Under the pieces are notes generated by a model. It worked only from the letters and a program-made list of their open reading frames with translations. It made no database searches and was not told the origin of the DNA. A program made the position numbers and the translations under genes. Below, one piece after another: positions 13,520-27,910 of a stretch of 64,000 bases of DNA; the first letter of the stretch is position 1, and the number at the start of each line of letters is the position of its first letter. The DNA lies in NCBI RefSeq assembly GCF_006345805.1, contig NC_042999.1:112592001-112656000 (forward strand), in the 5' to 3' direction. Origin of the DNA: Octopus sinensis. Lineage: Eukaryota.

Positions 13520-14470
13520 TGCAAGCTATGAACACATAAGAGGTGCAGCAATATCAGAGGAAGGCTAACTGGAAAAATAGTTTTTGTGTGAAAGATGCAT
13601 GGGTACAATAAGCACTAAAAATATACAGAAAATAGACTCCATCCAATGCCAGGGGAGTAAGTTAGAGGTGGTTGATAGCCTCCGTTACTTAGGTGCCTAA
13701 GTCAGTAGCGGAAGTCGAAGCTCCGAGAGCGTAGCTGCGAGAATAAAAATTGGCTGGGCTAAGTTCAAAGAGCTCCTTCCTCTGTTTGCACAAAGAGCCT
13801 CTCCCCTCAGAGTGAAAGGCAGACAGTATGAACCTGTGTGCAAACAGCCATGCTACATACCAGTAAAAAATGGACTGTGATTGCCGAGGACATATGTATG
13901 CTTGAAAGAAATGAAGCTAGCAATGCTTCACTGGATGTGCAATGTCATTATGCATGTACGACAAAGTATAAGCGCCTTGAAAGAAAAGTTGAGCATAAGA
14001 GGCATCAGATGTAGAGTGTAAGAGAGATGACTGCACTGGTGTAGTCATGTGATGCATGTGGACGAGAATAGCTGTGTAAAGAAGTGTTGATCTCTGACTG
14101 TAGGGGGAACCTGTGAAAGAGGTAGACCCAGGAAGAACATAGAACGAGGTGGTGAAGCATGATCTTTGAACGTTGGGCCTCACGGAGGCAATGACTAGTG
14201 ACCAAGACGTTTGGCAATATGCCGTGCTTGAGAAGGCCTGCCAAGCCAAGTGAAATCCTAGTTGTGGCTGATGCCAGTGTCGTATAACTAGAACCCATGC
14301 CGGTGGCATGTAGAAGGCACCTTTCGAACGTTGGGCCTCACGGAGGCAATGACAAATGACCGAGACCTTTGGCAATATGCCGTGCTTGAAAAGAAAACCC
14401 ATCAAGCCAAGTGAAGTCATAGTCGTGACAGATACTGGTGTTATGCAACTGGCACCCATGCCGGTAGCAT
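13520..14470 (+). mobile_element. RTE-clade LINE 3' end, decayed, with a duplicated tail
   Basis: LEVVDSLRYLG, ARIKIGWAKFKELLPL, LERNEAS, MLHWMCNV and RGRPRK motifs; 14326-14470 repeats 14168-14310. Confidence 0.9.
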
Positions 14471-14951
14471 GATAGATAGATAGATAGATAGATAGATATA
14501 TGTATGTATGTTTGTAAATGTATGCATATCTATATTCAGATATACGTATATATATATATATATATACACACACACATGCACACACGCACACGCACACGTA
14601 CACACACACATACACATACAGCTATTGAGCCATAGTGAGTTATCAAAATTAAGTTAAATGAATTTAATTCAATCATTTAATTCATCCTTCTTTTTTGTTT
14701 ACACTGAAGGTTTTGCTTTCATATACTATATAAGAAACTAAATTAACAAGGGAATAAGAAATTATATCATGAACTTCATCACCTTACAGCTGTTACTACC
14801 ATAAGATGGAACGCATTCGTAGCTGAATGTTTGTGTATCACCCTATAGCTTCATCAGAGCTTCCGAAATGAAGTGCGTCGACCGATGCTTTGTTGTGAAG
14901 CACATGTATATTGAGTTCTAACACCAGGTTTTTAGTATCACTATGTCTATA

Positions 14952-16100
14952 CGAACTAATATGATATTTATATATTATATCAAAAAGTTCCCGGACTAGT
15001 TATGTTTAATAAAAAATTAATTATTTAGCTAAATTTTAACATCATCTCCTTCAAAGTAATTACTTTGCGCAGCAATACACCGGTCCCAGTGTTCCTGCCA
15101 CTTTTTTAATCCGGCCTGGGAGTCGTTTTCTGTGAGTAAGTCGAAGACCTTCTGTGATTCGCTCTGGATCTCGACAACGGTGTTAAAACATCGACTTTTG
15201 AGCAACACTTTCGTCTTGGAAAAGATATGGAAATCTACAGGTGCTAAATCTGGCAAATAGGGCGGGGGCAGAAGCGATATCATTTTGTTTTTGGTGAGAA
15301 ACTCTCAAGTGAGGAGAGCTCCATGACAGGGTCCATTGTCGTCGTGAAGAATCCAGTTTTTCGCGCGCCACAAATCCGGTCGCTTTTGCTGAATGTCCGC
15401 ACTTAAACGCTTCAAAATGTCGCAGTAGAATTCTTGATTGACAGTCTGGCCCTGAGGACGAATTATCGATGCACAATACCATGGATGTAAAAAAAAAATG
15501 ATGAGCATGCTCTTGATTGAGCAGCGGTTCTGTCGTGCCTTCTTCGGTCGTGGGGAAGAAGGCCTCTTCCATTGTGACCACTGATGTTTCGTCTCAGGGT
15601 CGTACCCGTAGACTCAACTCTCGTCACCAGTGATGACCCTCGACATGAAGGATGGGTCATCAGCGGTATGCTGACGGAGATCTTGACAGACTTCGAGGTG
15701 ATGTTCTTTCTGTTCAGTGGTCAACTGACGGGGAACAAACTTGGCAGAGACATGCCACATGTTCAAATCAGGCGTCAGGATTGCCTGCACAGACTCATCT
15801 GACAGACCAACGACATCAGCAATATAGTTGATTTCCTCCGACTGTCCTCATACACAAGTTGATGAATTTTCTCCGCATTTCTGGGGGTGGGGGCCACACA
15901 CGTGGCAGGTCTTCCAGATCATTCATCGTCTTCCAGGGACGTTCTTCCACGTGAAACATTGCACATGACCCATCGCATCATTGCCGTAAGCTTGTCGAAG
16001 CATGCTTCAATGTCTTTGTAGCAGACTTCAAAAGTTAAACGCAAATTTCACGTGGGCTCTTTGTTCCAAATTCCTACCCATGACAAAATCGCAGAATACA
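14952..16100 (-). mobile_element. Near full-length mariner transposon, decayed
   Basis: Transposase remnant plus probable TIR ...atcaaaaagttcccggact near 14979-14997. The other TIR is not clearly recognisable. Confidence 0.9.
15029..16081 (-). pseudogene. Mariner transposase pseudogene (DD34D)
   Basis: MGRNLEQR start, AKFVPRQLT, VTGDES-type motif, WILHDDN, PPYLPDLAPVDF, YFEGDDVKI*; several frameshifts and stops. Confidence 0.9.
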
Positions 16101-16257
16101 GCATACATATAATCACAAAAACAGCCTCATGAGTTTCGAGTTTCAAATAGCTGTTTTCAAACTGAAAAATGTTACTGGTTGATTGAATAGCGAAATTTAT
16201 TTTCTTACAAGTATACACACAAAAAGGTAAAAATATATAAAAATACAAAAACATGTT

Positions 16258-16403
16258 TGTAGAAGAAGAAGAAGAAGAAGAAGAAGAAGAAGAAGAAGAA
16301 GAAGAGAAGAAGAAAAAAGAAGAAGAAGAAGAAGAAGAAGAAGAAGAAGAAGAAGAAGAAGAAGAAGAAGAAGAAGAAGAAGAAGAAGAAAGAAGAAGAA
16401 GAA
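16258..16403. repeat. (GAA)n trinucleotide tract
   Basis: About 145 nt of nearly pure GAA. Confidence 0.98.
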
Positions 16404-17221
16404 TATTTTGAACTGGTCAATATTGTTATGAATTGTCAAAAGATAACTGGTGGGATGTCAACCTATTTGAGGTCATGTATTCAGTTCTCACACACTCACA
16501 GAAGTGTGTGTGTGTCTCTGTGTATTACAAATGTATGTTTGTCCCCCACCTCTGCTTGACAACCAGTGTTGGTGTGTTTACGTCTCCATCACATAAGAGT
16601 TTCGAAAAATAGACAGTTAGAATAAATACCAGGCTTCACAAAAAAATTAAGTACCGAGGTCAAATCATTCAACCAAAAAGTGTTCAAAGTGATACCCAAG
16701 CTGCATATACCCAGTCTAATAACTGAAACAAGTAAAAGATATGTTTTTTTATGAAAATCATAGCATGTTCCCACGTGTATTTTCTTTGGGATGCTCCCCC
16801 CCCCCATTAACCATTTCTGTAGTTGTTTTTACCTGCAATATACATACTTTTGTTATATACATATGAATCAAAAGTCATTTAAAGACCTCAGACTAGGAAA
16901 GGGCAATTATAGGTACAAGAAGAGATCAACCTCTGGGAGGAGCAGACAACCACCATCAAATTTCTATATGTATATACGTATTTATGTATATATATATATA
17001 TATATATACATGTTTGTGTGTGTAGGTATATATGCATATACATATATGTACATATAAGTATGTGCGTGCATCTGGTTGAGGGTGTATGTTGTAAACTCTG
17101 AAACAACCAGTGAGATCAGGAGACAACTTTGGCAATGTGTCCAAGTTGTGTGTGGTATACTGAACTCTTTCCCTCTCTCCATCTCATTCTCTTTGTCTCT
17201 CTTTCTCTCCATCTCTATCTA

Positions 17222-17378
<157 letters not shown>

Positions 17379-18344
17379 ATATGTATATATGTATATATAT
17401 ATTATATATATTATATATATATATTTATATTATATTTGTGTGCAAGTGTGTGCATGTGCATACATATATATACAAAGATATATATACACACTATATAGAG
17501 ACAGACAGACAGCGGAAAGAAAGAAAGAGAGCTTGGTGCCGTTTTCTGACTTGCCAGTGGCTGTTCATTCATCTTATCCATTCCAGCATGGAAAACAAGT
17601 ATTAAATGATGATTGTGTGTATGTGTGCGTGTTTGTGCGTGTGTGTGTGTGTGTGTTATGTGTGTGTGTGCACGCGTGTGTGTGCGTGTTTGTGTGTGTG
17701 TGCACGTGTGCGTGTTTGTTTGTGTGTGTGTGTGTGTAAACAACACTGCTTTGTGGACCATAAACGAAAGTACTGATAAAGAAACTCAACTGCTCACCCA
17801 CAAACAAAAATATATTATGTATATGTTTGCGTGTGTGTGTATGCAGCTGTGTGTGTTTGAGTATGTGTTTGTGCTTGTGTGTAGGCAAATAAGGGCTCTT
17901 TACAATATACTTTATACATTATACCTACACCATTAGTTTAATTATTATTAAACTATTTAGATATTTTCAATTCCAACCATAAATCTCTTGCTTTTTTATA
18001 TATATAAATATAATTTTTGTGGTATTTTTGCATTTTTTTCAATCCACACAAATAATGAAAAATTTTTTTTAAATTTTACTTGATAATTATGAAAAATGTA
18101 TAAATTTTTCTGAAAGAAAATAAAAATTATTGTTTTATTTTTATTACAGTGCTAAAATACATCAAAAATATAACAAAACAAACATAAAGCAGACTAGAAC
18201 TCTTTAGTGTTTGATAGTGAATGTATTTTTCACATAATTTTTGTTATAATAAAATATTAAAACTAATCATCATTGCAAACAATTATAATCAATCTGTGTG
18301 TGTGTGTGTGTGTGTGTCTTTATACACACTCACACACACACATG

Positions 18345-18398
<54 letters not shown>

Positions 18399-18533
18399 TA
18401 TATGATATATATGTATGTATGCATATATATATATGTAAGTATATACATACATTCATATATATATGTATATATATATATATTATTATATATATATTATTTA
18501 GTTAGGCATTGTGAGACTAAATATATATATATT

Positions 18534-18565
<32 letters not shown>

Positions 18566-19247
18566 ATAATATATATATAGACATATATGGAGAGGCAGAG
18601 AGAGTGAGGGAGAAAAAAGAGAGTGAGAGGGAGAGAGATAGAAATAAATATATGTATATATGATTATTTATGTATAGATATATATATATATGTAAATATA
18701 TCATAGATAGATTTGTATATGCATATTATATATATCTACATATATATATATATTTATATATACATATGCATAATATGCATAAGGATATATATAATAGGTG
18801 TTGGTTGGATATCAGTTATTCGATGGCACTCGATCGGTTACATATTTAATCCTAGCACTATCAAATTTATATTTGAAAAAATGCTGCACTGAGAAGGTGA
18901 AATAAGTAAGTAAACATAACTTTACTTTAATCCTAAAACGTGTATGTAGCCAATTTGAGTCATGTGGATTCGTTACTTTTTCTTTTTGCCTGCGTAAAAA
19001 TAAAAAGAGTGTGACTATCTGGGAGATCTTTACAGTAGCAGAACAGGAGGAATTTGAAGTCCTATTTCTAAGTTCGGTACATGGTGAAGAAATTAGCTGA
19101 CCCCTAATTATAATTGTTTATAATTATAGAATATTTGTATAAGCATATATATATATATATATATGGAATGTTGGTAAGACATAAATCTGAAAAAGAAGCA
19201 CACTTCAAGTTATAGAGCAGTATATGACATAAATAAAGTTAGATATG

Positions 19248-19327
19248 GCCAGTTTATGGGATTACCCTTGGTTTCACCTCCATAGAGCTCTTAACTTTAC
19301 GGTATATCATCAGATCCCAAAACTGGC
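19248..19327 (-). ncRNA. Type I hammerhead motif with a long stem I and a weak stem II base
   Basis: GCCAGUUUUGGGAU-CUGAUGA-(31 nt)-GAAA-CC-AAG-GG-UA-AUCCCAUAAACUGGC. Stem I pairs at 14 of 15 positions, stem III is ACC/GGU, and the cleavage triplet is GUA. Confidence 0.7.
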
Positions 19328-19839
19328 GCCAAATCTCCAATGTCATTGTCAATGCTCTTCTTATTAAAGAATGATGAATACAGACACACACACATGATTT
19401 ATATAAATAACAGGCTCTGTCAGTTTCTGTCAGTCAGATCCACTCACAAAACTTAGATCAAGTAGCCATGAAGTTGGACTGGGCCCAAAGCCATGTAGCT
19501 GGAAAGCAAACTCCTTACCACACAGCCACATCTGTGTCTACATATATGAATACATGCATATATATACATATATACCTGTGTATGTATATGATTTTTTTTT
19601 AGTGTTTACTCTTTCATAAGACATCTATTTGCTCTATTGTAATTACCCTTAGTAAGGTATTTTTCATCATAATTACTCAACAAATATTCTCACACAATAT
19701 GAAATAGTAGTGCTGTCCCAAAAGTCTGTGATAAAGTGTGAAGGAATAGACAAAAATAGTTAACTTGTGATGCACACTATACATGAAGTATATGTGTGTG
19801 CATGTATACATGTGTGTACGTGTGTGTGTGTGTGTGTGT

Positions 19840-19870
<31 letters not shown>

Positions 19871-19903
19871 TGTGTGTGTCTTTATACACACTCACACACA
19901 CAC

Positions 19904-19963
<60 letters not shown>

Positions 19964-20029
19964 ATATGATATATATGTATGTATGCATATATATATATGT
20001 AAGTATATACATACATTCATATATATATG

Positions 20030-20060
<31 letters not shown>

Positions 20061-20709
20061 ATTTAGTTATGCATTGTGAGACTAAATATATATATTGTAT
20101 ATTTATATATATATATATATATATATATAGACATATATGGAGAGGCAGAGAGAGTGAGGGAGAAAAAAGAGAGTGAGAGGGAGAGAGATAGAAATAAATA
20201 TATGTATATATGATTATTTATGTATAGATATATATATATGTAAATATATCATAGATAGATTTGTATATGCATATTATATATATCTACATATATATATATA
20301 TATATTATATATATATATATTATATTATAATAATATGCATAATATGCATAAGGATATATATAATAGGTGTTGGTTGGATATCAGTTATTCGATGGCACTC
20401 GATCGGTTACATATTTAATCCTAGCACTATCAAATTTATATTTGAAAAAATGCTGCACTGAGAAGGTGAAATAAGTAAGTAAACATAACTTTACTTTAAT
20501 CCTAAAACGTGTATGTAGCCAATTTGAGTCATGTGGATTCGTTACTTTTTCTTTTTGCCTGCGTAAAAAAAAAGAGTGTGACTATCTGGGAGATCTTTAC
20601 AGTAGCAGAACAGGAGGAATTTGAAGTCCTATTTCTAAGTTCGGTACATGGTGGAGAAATTAGCTGACCCCTAATTATAATTGTTTATAATTATAGAATA
20701 TTTGTATAA

Positions 20710-20749
<40 letters not shown>

Positions 20750-20830
20750 AATGTTGGTAAGACATAAATCTGAAAAAGAAGCACACTTCAAGTTATAGAG
20801 CAGTATATGACATAAATAAAGTTAGATATG

Positions 20831-20910
20831 GCCAGTTTATGGGATTACCCTTGGTTTCACCTCCATAGAGCTCTTAACTTTACGGTATATCATCAGATCC
20901 CAAAACTGGC
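20831..20910 (-). ncRNA. Duplicate of the hammerhead motif at 19248-19327
   Basis: Identical sequence in the second unit of the tandem duplication. Confidence 0.7.
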
Positions 20911-23327
20911 GCCAAATCTCCAATGTCATTGTCATGCTCTTCTTATTAAAGAATGATGAATACAGACACACACACATGATTTATATAAATAACAGGCTCT
21001 GTCAGTTTCTGTCAGTCAGATCCACTCACAAAACTTAGATCAAGTAGCCATGAAGTTGGACTGGGCCCAAAGCCATGTAGCTGGAAAGCAAACTCCTTAC
21101 CACACAGCCACATCTGTGTCTACATATATGAATACATGCATATATATACATATATACCTGTGTATGTATATGATTTTTTTTTAGTGTTTACTCTTTCATA
21201 AGACATCTATTTGCTCTATTGTAATTACCCTTAGTAAGGTATTTTTCATCATAATTACTCAACAAATATTCTCACACAATATGAAATAGTAGTGCTGTCC
21301 CAAAAGTCTGTGATAAAGTGTGAAGGAATAGACAAAAATAGTTAACTTGTGATGCACACTATACATGAAGTATATGTGTGTGCATGTATACATGTGTGTA
21401 CGTGTGTGTGTGTGTGTGTGTGTGTGTATACTTTTGTGTGTGTACATGTGTGTGTGTGTGTGTACATGTGTGTGTGTGTGTATGCCAACCCATACCAACA
21501 TGAAACAAGGATGTTAAATGATAATAATGATATATATATATATATATACACATACATATATATGTGTGTGTGTGTGTGTGTGTGCACATATACACATATT
21601 TATGTACATATATGTATGTATATACATATATACACATGCACTCATTGACACATGTAAATTATCTTTACAAACCAGGATAGACACCTTCTTATTCTCTCCT
21701 AAATTAACACAAAACTACTTTTTATTTCACTAAGTATTTTATAAAAACTGATTCAAATAATTCAGATATTTCAAAAGCAACATTTGTTTTAAAAATTTAT
21801 AAATTTTCATAATTCTTTAAGCTATAACTTGCTTCAGAGAATATTTCAAAATCTTGCATTTTCTGTCATATTCTAAATAAATAAAAACTGCTCACTTTAT
21901 AGAATGAAAAAAATAATATTATTAAAACCAATAATGATAATGTAGTAAATATTCTCTCTAAGTTGTGAAGAAAATTTTTTAATATTGTCAGTCAGATGTT
22001 TAAGTATGGCATTTTAGCCTTTGTTTTTATTTTTATTTTTAAATTCTTTTCTTGTATGCAAGTCAATCATTTCTGATGAATTTGAAATGGTAGAAATGAT
22101 GGGATGATTTTTCAAATATCTTGTATTTAGTTACATTCCTTTAACTTCTGAATTCAAATTTTGCCAAGGTGAACTCTACCATTTATCCTTTGGGTATCAG
22201 TGAAATACCGGCTAGCTACTGGGACCAATTAATATCCCAGGAATGCATCCTAGAAATGAATGGAATAAGAAAGCCTTAGTACCAAAGTTTAAATTATATA
22301 TCTCAAAACGAAAATTTTGCTCCCAAATTTTGTTATTCTTTCCTCAATATCTTCAAGAAATATCCACAGAATTTGAGTGCAGAGCAACAAAGCAAAAAAA
22401 AACAATTAATAAATCATTATATAAAAAAGTGCTTTTAATTGTATGAAATATGTAAGTCCTTTGTGTTTAAGTAAGATATTTTAGTACTTTTCTTCTATAA
22501 TGAAAATAATGCAAGCTAAAATTAATCCCATAGCTTCCTTGTATCAAAAGAGTCTGTAAATATCAGCAAAATTTGCTTTCTTTCTAATTCTAACCATGAT
22601 AATTAGTTCTTTCAGACTTTCAGAAATAACACTTGTTGCTTTGTCTTTACCATAATGCCTAATTAAAGTCATTGTTTCTGATAGAAAGTCAAAAATTACA
22701 ACTTTTCTTCAATGTCATAATGAAGACTGATCATGAAGCTACTTGTACAACTGAGAAATTCTTCCTCCAAATTCTTGTAAAAGATGTGGAATGGTCTAGA
22801 AATTAACTTGTCAATAAAAACCAAATTTTATTTTTTTGCAATAATGTGAGGGTATTTGTTTCAAAATTTATGTATAGAAAGAAACACTTTAATTTTACTA
22901 CCTTAGATAAGTAGCTAGATGAATGCTGTTGTGTTAGAAAAATATTCCATCAAATGATTATAATAAATTTATAAATAATTAAGCTTAATTTCTTTTGCTT
23001 TTATCACTCAAAGATATTACACTCTGGTAAAGAAAAAAAATACTTTTTAATCATATTTCCTAAACTAATTATAAAAGTGAAAAATATTGCAAATTTACTT
23101 ATGTTTTCATTAACTGGCACTGTATTAATGGATCACAAATAATTTTTTTTCTTTGCAAACAGCACCAATTCCATAATTTAATGGAGAATAAATCTGCATG
23201 TTGCAACCATTTCCTCATTTTAGAAAACCCAATTTTTTTACCTCCTCTTTGTTCATTTTTGTTCATTTGTAAAAAAAAAAAAATCCTAATTAGACAGTTA
23301 TGGAGAATATTTGCTTTCAAGCCTTAC

Positions 23328-23450
23328 CATAATTTTCTGTTGGTGAATCTCTCACAAAGCATATAATTTGGATGGGACAGTTAGCATACAAAGAACTATA
23401 ATGTTTTCCAAGCTGGGTAGCTTGAGGGGGAAGAGCAACACAAGCTTCAG
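23328..23450 (-). CDS. Candidate 123-nt coding exon (phase 1-1), product unrecognised
   Basis: Acceptor ttttttcctttcacAG and donor ATG|GTAAGG; length is a multiple of 3; only one frame is open: xEACVALPPQATQLGKHYSSLYANCPIQIICFVRDSPTENY. Confidence 0.45.
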
Positions 23451-23992
23451 CTGTGAAAGGAAAAAAATAAATTAAAGTATACTTCCATTTATGACTTCCT
23501 GCTTATGCCTGGTTTGATCAACATAGTTACCGAAATAAACCCCAAAAGTCATTTCTGGTAAACTTCAAACCATTTCAAAGGCAATAGCTATTAAGGGGAA
23601 GTGAGGTGAAAAAAATATCACTTAATGAAAAAATCACAGTTATCACAACAGGACAAGAATAAAGATTACTTTACTCTGAACTAATAAATCCAAATTGCTT
23701 GTCCCAAGGGGCCCCTCAATATAAGGTATCTAGATTGGACCTGGCACACACTACCTCTAAGCAAATCTCAACCACAAAAAAAAAGAACAAAGTATATGAG
23801 GAAATGTAAATGAATACTGTAAAGCTACTTTGGTATCAGTGGGAGATCAGTAAAGTTTGTCAGGAAGTTCCTTCAATATTAAAACATAAAATCTTCTGAC
23901 AGCCATCACCAATTCTTTTACACAGACAAAAGATTTTATATGAATGTTTCAAGGTGAAAGAGAAGAAAGTGAGGAACTTGGACAAGCTCACC

Positions 23993-24066
23993 GGAGATGT
24001 GTGACAAGAAGTCTCAGAAACCTCCAGAATTAATTCTAGGGCTCCAATAAAAACTGCCCTCAAACC
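23993..24066 (-). other. Candidate 74-nt exon
   Basis: Acceptor ttttctttctgcaaaattacAG and donor CCG|GTGAGC; one open frame, LRAVFIGALELILEVSETSCHTSP. Confidence 0.3.
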
Positions 24067-25149
24067 TGTAATTTTGCAGAAAGAAAAGAAAAAGAAATAA
24101 TTATAATAACAATGATAATGCTGATAATATTAATGATAATAATAGAAGTCCTCCCCTAAACTACCTCCTTAAAGTAAAGTTTAAAATAAAAAATAAAACA
24201 AAAGCCTTGAACAAAAAGAGTGTTGTGTGAAAGCAACTGCGCCAAACAGTGATATCAAATTCCTGTCGTGTAATTTTCACAGGAAATTAACATCACTTAA
24301 GCAAGTCTAGCAACGGTCTACCACCCTGTACGAAAACAACTTACTTATGGACATTTATTTTATTTCCAATGGCCCGACTTAGATAAATGAAATGAATTGA
24401 AATAAAATGAAATGTAAAAAATTTTCAAAGTAAGAAACAAATAAAATTAAAAAATAGAATACAAAAAAAAGAAACAGGAAGGATAATAACGAGAGGGAAA
24501 ATTAATTAGGAAAACTGGCATAGCCCGCTGATTATTTGTAGCTAATGAAAGGCAAAAGAGGAGAAAACCTGACAGCAAAGTGCACTTCACTTTTCCTCTT
24601 ATAATTATCCATATATAATCTTCATATGGAGTATAAAAAAATTTGCCAAATTTTTGTATTAGTAAATATAGTTCTTTTAATGTAACGAGAGGAAGAGAAA
24701 GAGAGAGGACCTGAAGAAATTCATTTAATAAATAAATAAACAAATAAGAATAAACAAATAAATCAAAAACTAAAGTTATTTTTAAATCTATTAAAAGCTT
24801 GATGGAAGTGAGATGGAAAGAAAAAAAACAGAAATGGATCCTTAAAAGTGTTATTCTTTTCGATAGAAATGATGATAAGACATGAGGAACCTTGAGAAGG
24901 TATCAGCTGAGGAAGAACAATACATGCCGCAAAAGATCAACAGCAGAAGATTTCCTGCCATAGGAGGGTGGGAAGCAAAAATTTTTTTGGTAATATTTGG
25001 GAACGATTCAGTGGCACCAAAGAGGAAACTACATCACAAAATACAATAAAACTCATTTAGGCTGAGGCCAAGGAAGAAAGAATCAGCAAATGACAGGGTG
25101 CAGCACTAAAATATAGATAAAGTAGTTCACATGAGAGCAGTTATGCACA

Positions 25150-26185
25150 TTATATATATATATATATGAGTGTGTGTGTGTGTATATATATATATATACA
25201 TATACATATGTGTGTCTATATGAAAGTATATTTGTATGTATATATGCATGCATATGTGTGCATATATATGTGTGCATGTGTGTGTCTATATATATATATA
25301 TATATGTATGTATTAAATATATCTGTATATATATGACGAATGTTGGGTAAGCATGGTGGGGAGTACATGTAGATATATGTGTATCAATGTACCTTCATGC
25401 ACACACATACACTCACATACAGAAACATAAATATATACAATCATATATTTATAAACATATTAATATACACAAATATGTATATTCATTGTATCTTTGCATG
25501 TATCTATATATATATATATTTATTAAATAGAGTTAAACAGAATGATAGATAATTTGACACGAGAACGAAAGACAGATATATGCTTGCATATGTCTGTTTT
25601 ATATTATATATATATATATATATATTAATATTAGATGTATGTATAAATACATATATACTTATAAATATAAATGTATGGGTGTGTATGTGTGTGAGGGACA
25701 GAGAGAGTGAGAGTGTGTGTGTGTGTGCATAAATGTTTTTTGTATATGCACATACATGTACATAAAATCACTCATGCACATATATATATATACATATGCA
25801 AATATACACATATTACAAACATATTTTTGTATAACACACTAGCACATTAGAGCAAAATATTTGATCTGAAGGTAAGGACCATGTACGCATATATACATAT
25901 ATATAGATAGATACATATATACTGATGTACAAATATAGACAGATAGACAGGCAGATGCATAGATGTATATGTATGTGCATATATGTGTGGTGTGTGCATG
26001 TATATATTTATGCATGTGTGTGTATATGTGCATATGTATATATATATGTGTGTGTGTGTATGTATATATATGTGAATATTTGTGTGTGTATATATATATA
26101 TATGCATATATATATATACACACGCATATATATGCTTATATACACGTATACATACATGTACATACATACATACACACACATGTAC

Positions 26186-26217
<32 letters not shown>

Positions 26218-26222
26218 CAAAT

Positions 26223-26272
<50 letters not shown>

Positions 26273-26380
26273 AAGAGAGACATTCATACATATATATCGT
26301 ACATATATATCATAACACACACACATATATACAATTTTTTTTGTCAAGGCTGAAAATATGATATACATATTTTTAGAATA
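25150..26380. repeat. (TA)n/(TG)n/(GATA)n microsatellite block
   Basis: Visible simple repeats. Confidence 0.9.
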
Positions 26381-27391
26381 TGAAATATTTATAATTTTTT
26401 ATTTCATTTTATTTTATTTTATTTTTACCTAAGTCATGCTTTAACAATAAGATGTGACAACTGTGGAGGAATTCAGCATTCAGCTACCATTTTCATCTTT
26501 TAGCTCCATGGGAGATTTTCAACCTTTCAATATTAAAATAGACATTTTTCGCACAAAGAACATACCTTCTAGAAAACACTTCTTTTAGCTAGCTTTCAAT
26601 GTTAAAGAGCACAAAAAAAAGGTAATGAAATCACTGCCATTTTATGCATAAATAATATTTGCATGTTGTGTTTGGGTGAGGTTTTTTTTAATATGAATTA
26701 GGGGATAGGTTACATATACATATATATTTTACTAGAGAGGGTAGCATGTGTTGTTATTTATGTTGTTATAATTATTATTATTGTTGTTGTTGATGTTGTT
26801 GTTTAGATTAACATTTATTTGCTTAAGTCCTGACCTAGAAGTGTAATTTATTAATACTGGTAAACATTACTTCATTAAAAACTAATAAACAGTCCCAGGC
26901 GATGAGAGAACAGAAAGAGTGATATTCGTTCATATGCATAATACAAGCACAAATACACAGATATATATATATATATGCATACACAGACACCTATGTACAC
27001 ACATACATACATATACATATGTATGCCTGAGATCTTCATTGAATAATCAGTTAACTTTCTACTTTAATAGTAAAACTCTATTAACTCACACTCATGCACT
27101 TCAAACCTACACTGCTGCCACTAACATCCATACATCAGCCAAGCACACATGCACTCTCTCTCTCTCCCTCTCTCTCACTCTCTCTCTCTCACTCTCTTTC
27201 TGTTACATATATGCAGATACACATAAACAGATACACAAGCTTACATGCATAACAGAGGCAAAATGATACACACAGTCTCACACACACACATATAAGTAAG
27301 AAGAACTACAGCGGTGAATAATCTCCAAAATTGCTATCACTCACACACACACACACATATATACACAAGCATGCACACACACACGTGCGTG

Positions 27392-27422
<31 letters not shown>

Positions 27423-27546
27423 TCACACACACACACACAACCAAACACATACACTCTGAAACATACACATAAGCACACACATATACACAGAGAGAGAGAT
27501 AGAAAGAGAGAGAAAGTGAGAGAAAGAGTGATAGATAGATAGATAA

Positions 27547-27599
<53 letters not shown>

Positions 27600-27626
27600 C
27601 ACACACACACAGATAGATAAATAGAT

Positions 27627-27674
<48 letters not shown>

Positions 27675-27691
27675 CAGACAGATATCAGATA

Positions 27692-27910
27692 CAAGGGGGT
27701 ATTGAAAAGTTCCTGGCTTTATGAGTATTGCAAAGAGCCTGGTTGGAGGCCCAACGTTCCGCGTTCTTTTACAGGGCTTAGAAAATCTGAAGGACTACTG
27801 CAATAAGTGAGTGAATCTGAGAGGGGTATATATTAAATAACATCATAATCAGCTAACTCTCCTGTATTCTCTTTTACTGGAGCCAGGAACTTTTCAGCCC
27901 CCCCCCCTCA
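27692..27910 (+). mobile_element. ~220-bp Tc1/mariner-derived MITE
   Basis: Imperfect TIRs caagggggtattgaaaagttcctggct and agccaggaacttttcagccccc...ctca, each flanked by TA. Confidence 0.85.

Larger units (their letters stand above)
18296..21425. repeat. Tandem duplication of a ~1.58-kb unit (2 copies)
   Basis: Offset 1583 between matching motifs (19248 vs 20831). Differences are mainly microsatellite and homopolymer lengths plus a few substitutions. Confidence 0.95.

Noticed and set aside
13917-14615. 232-aa minus-strand ORF
   Set aside because: It is antisense to a decayed RTE 3' end plus microsatellite.
22651-22795. Minus-strand segment with an acceptor and several possible donors (PFHIFYKNLEEEFLSC...)
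   Set aside because: The strongest donor gives stops in all frames, and fitting it to the 123-nt exon needs weak ad hoc microexons.
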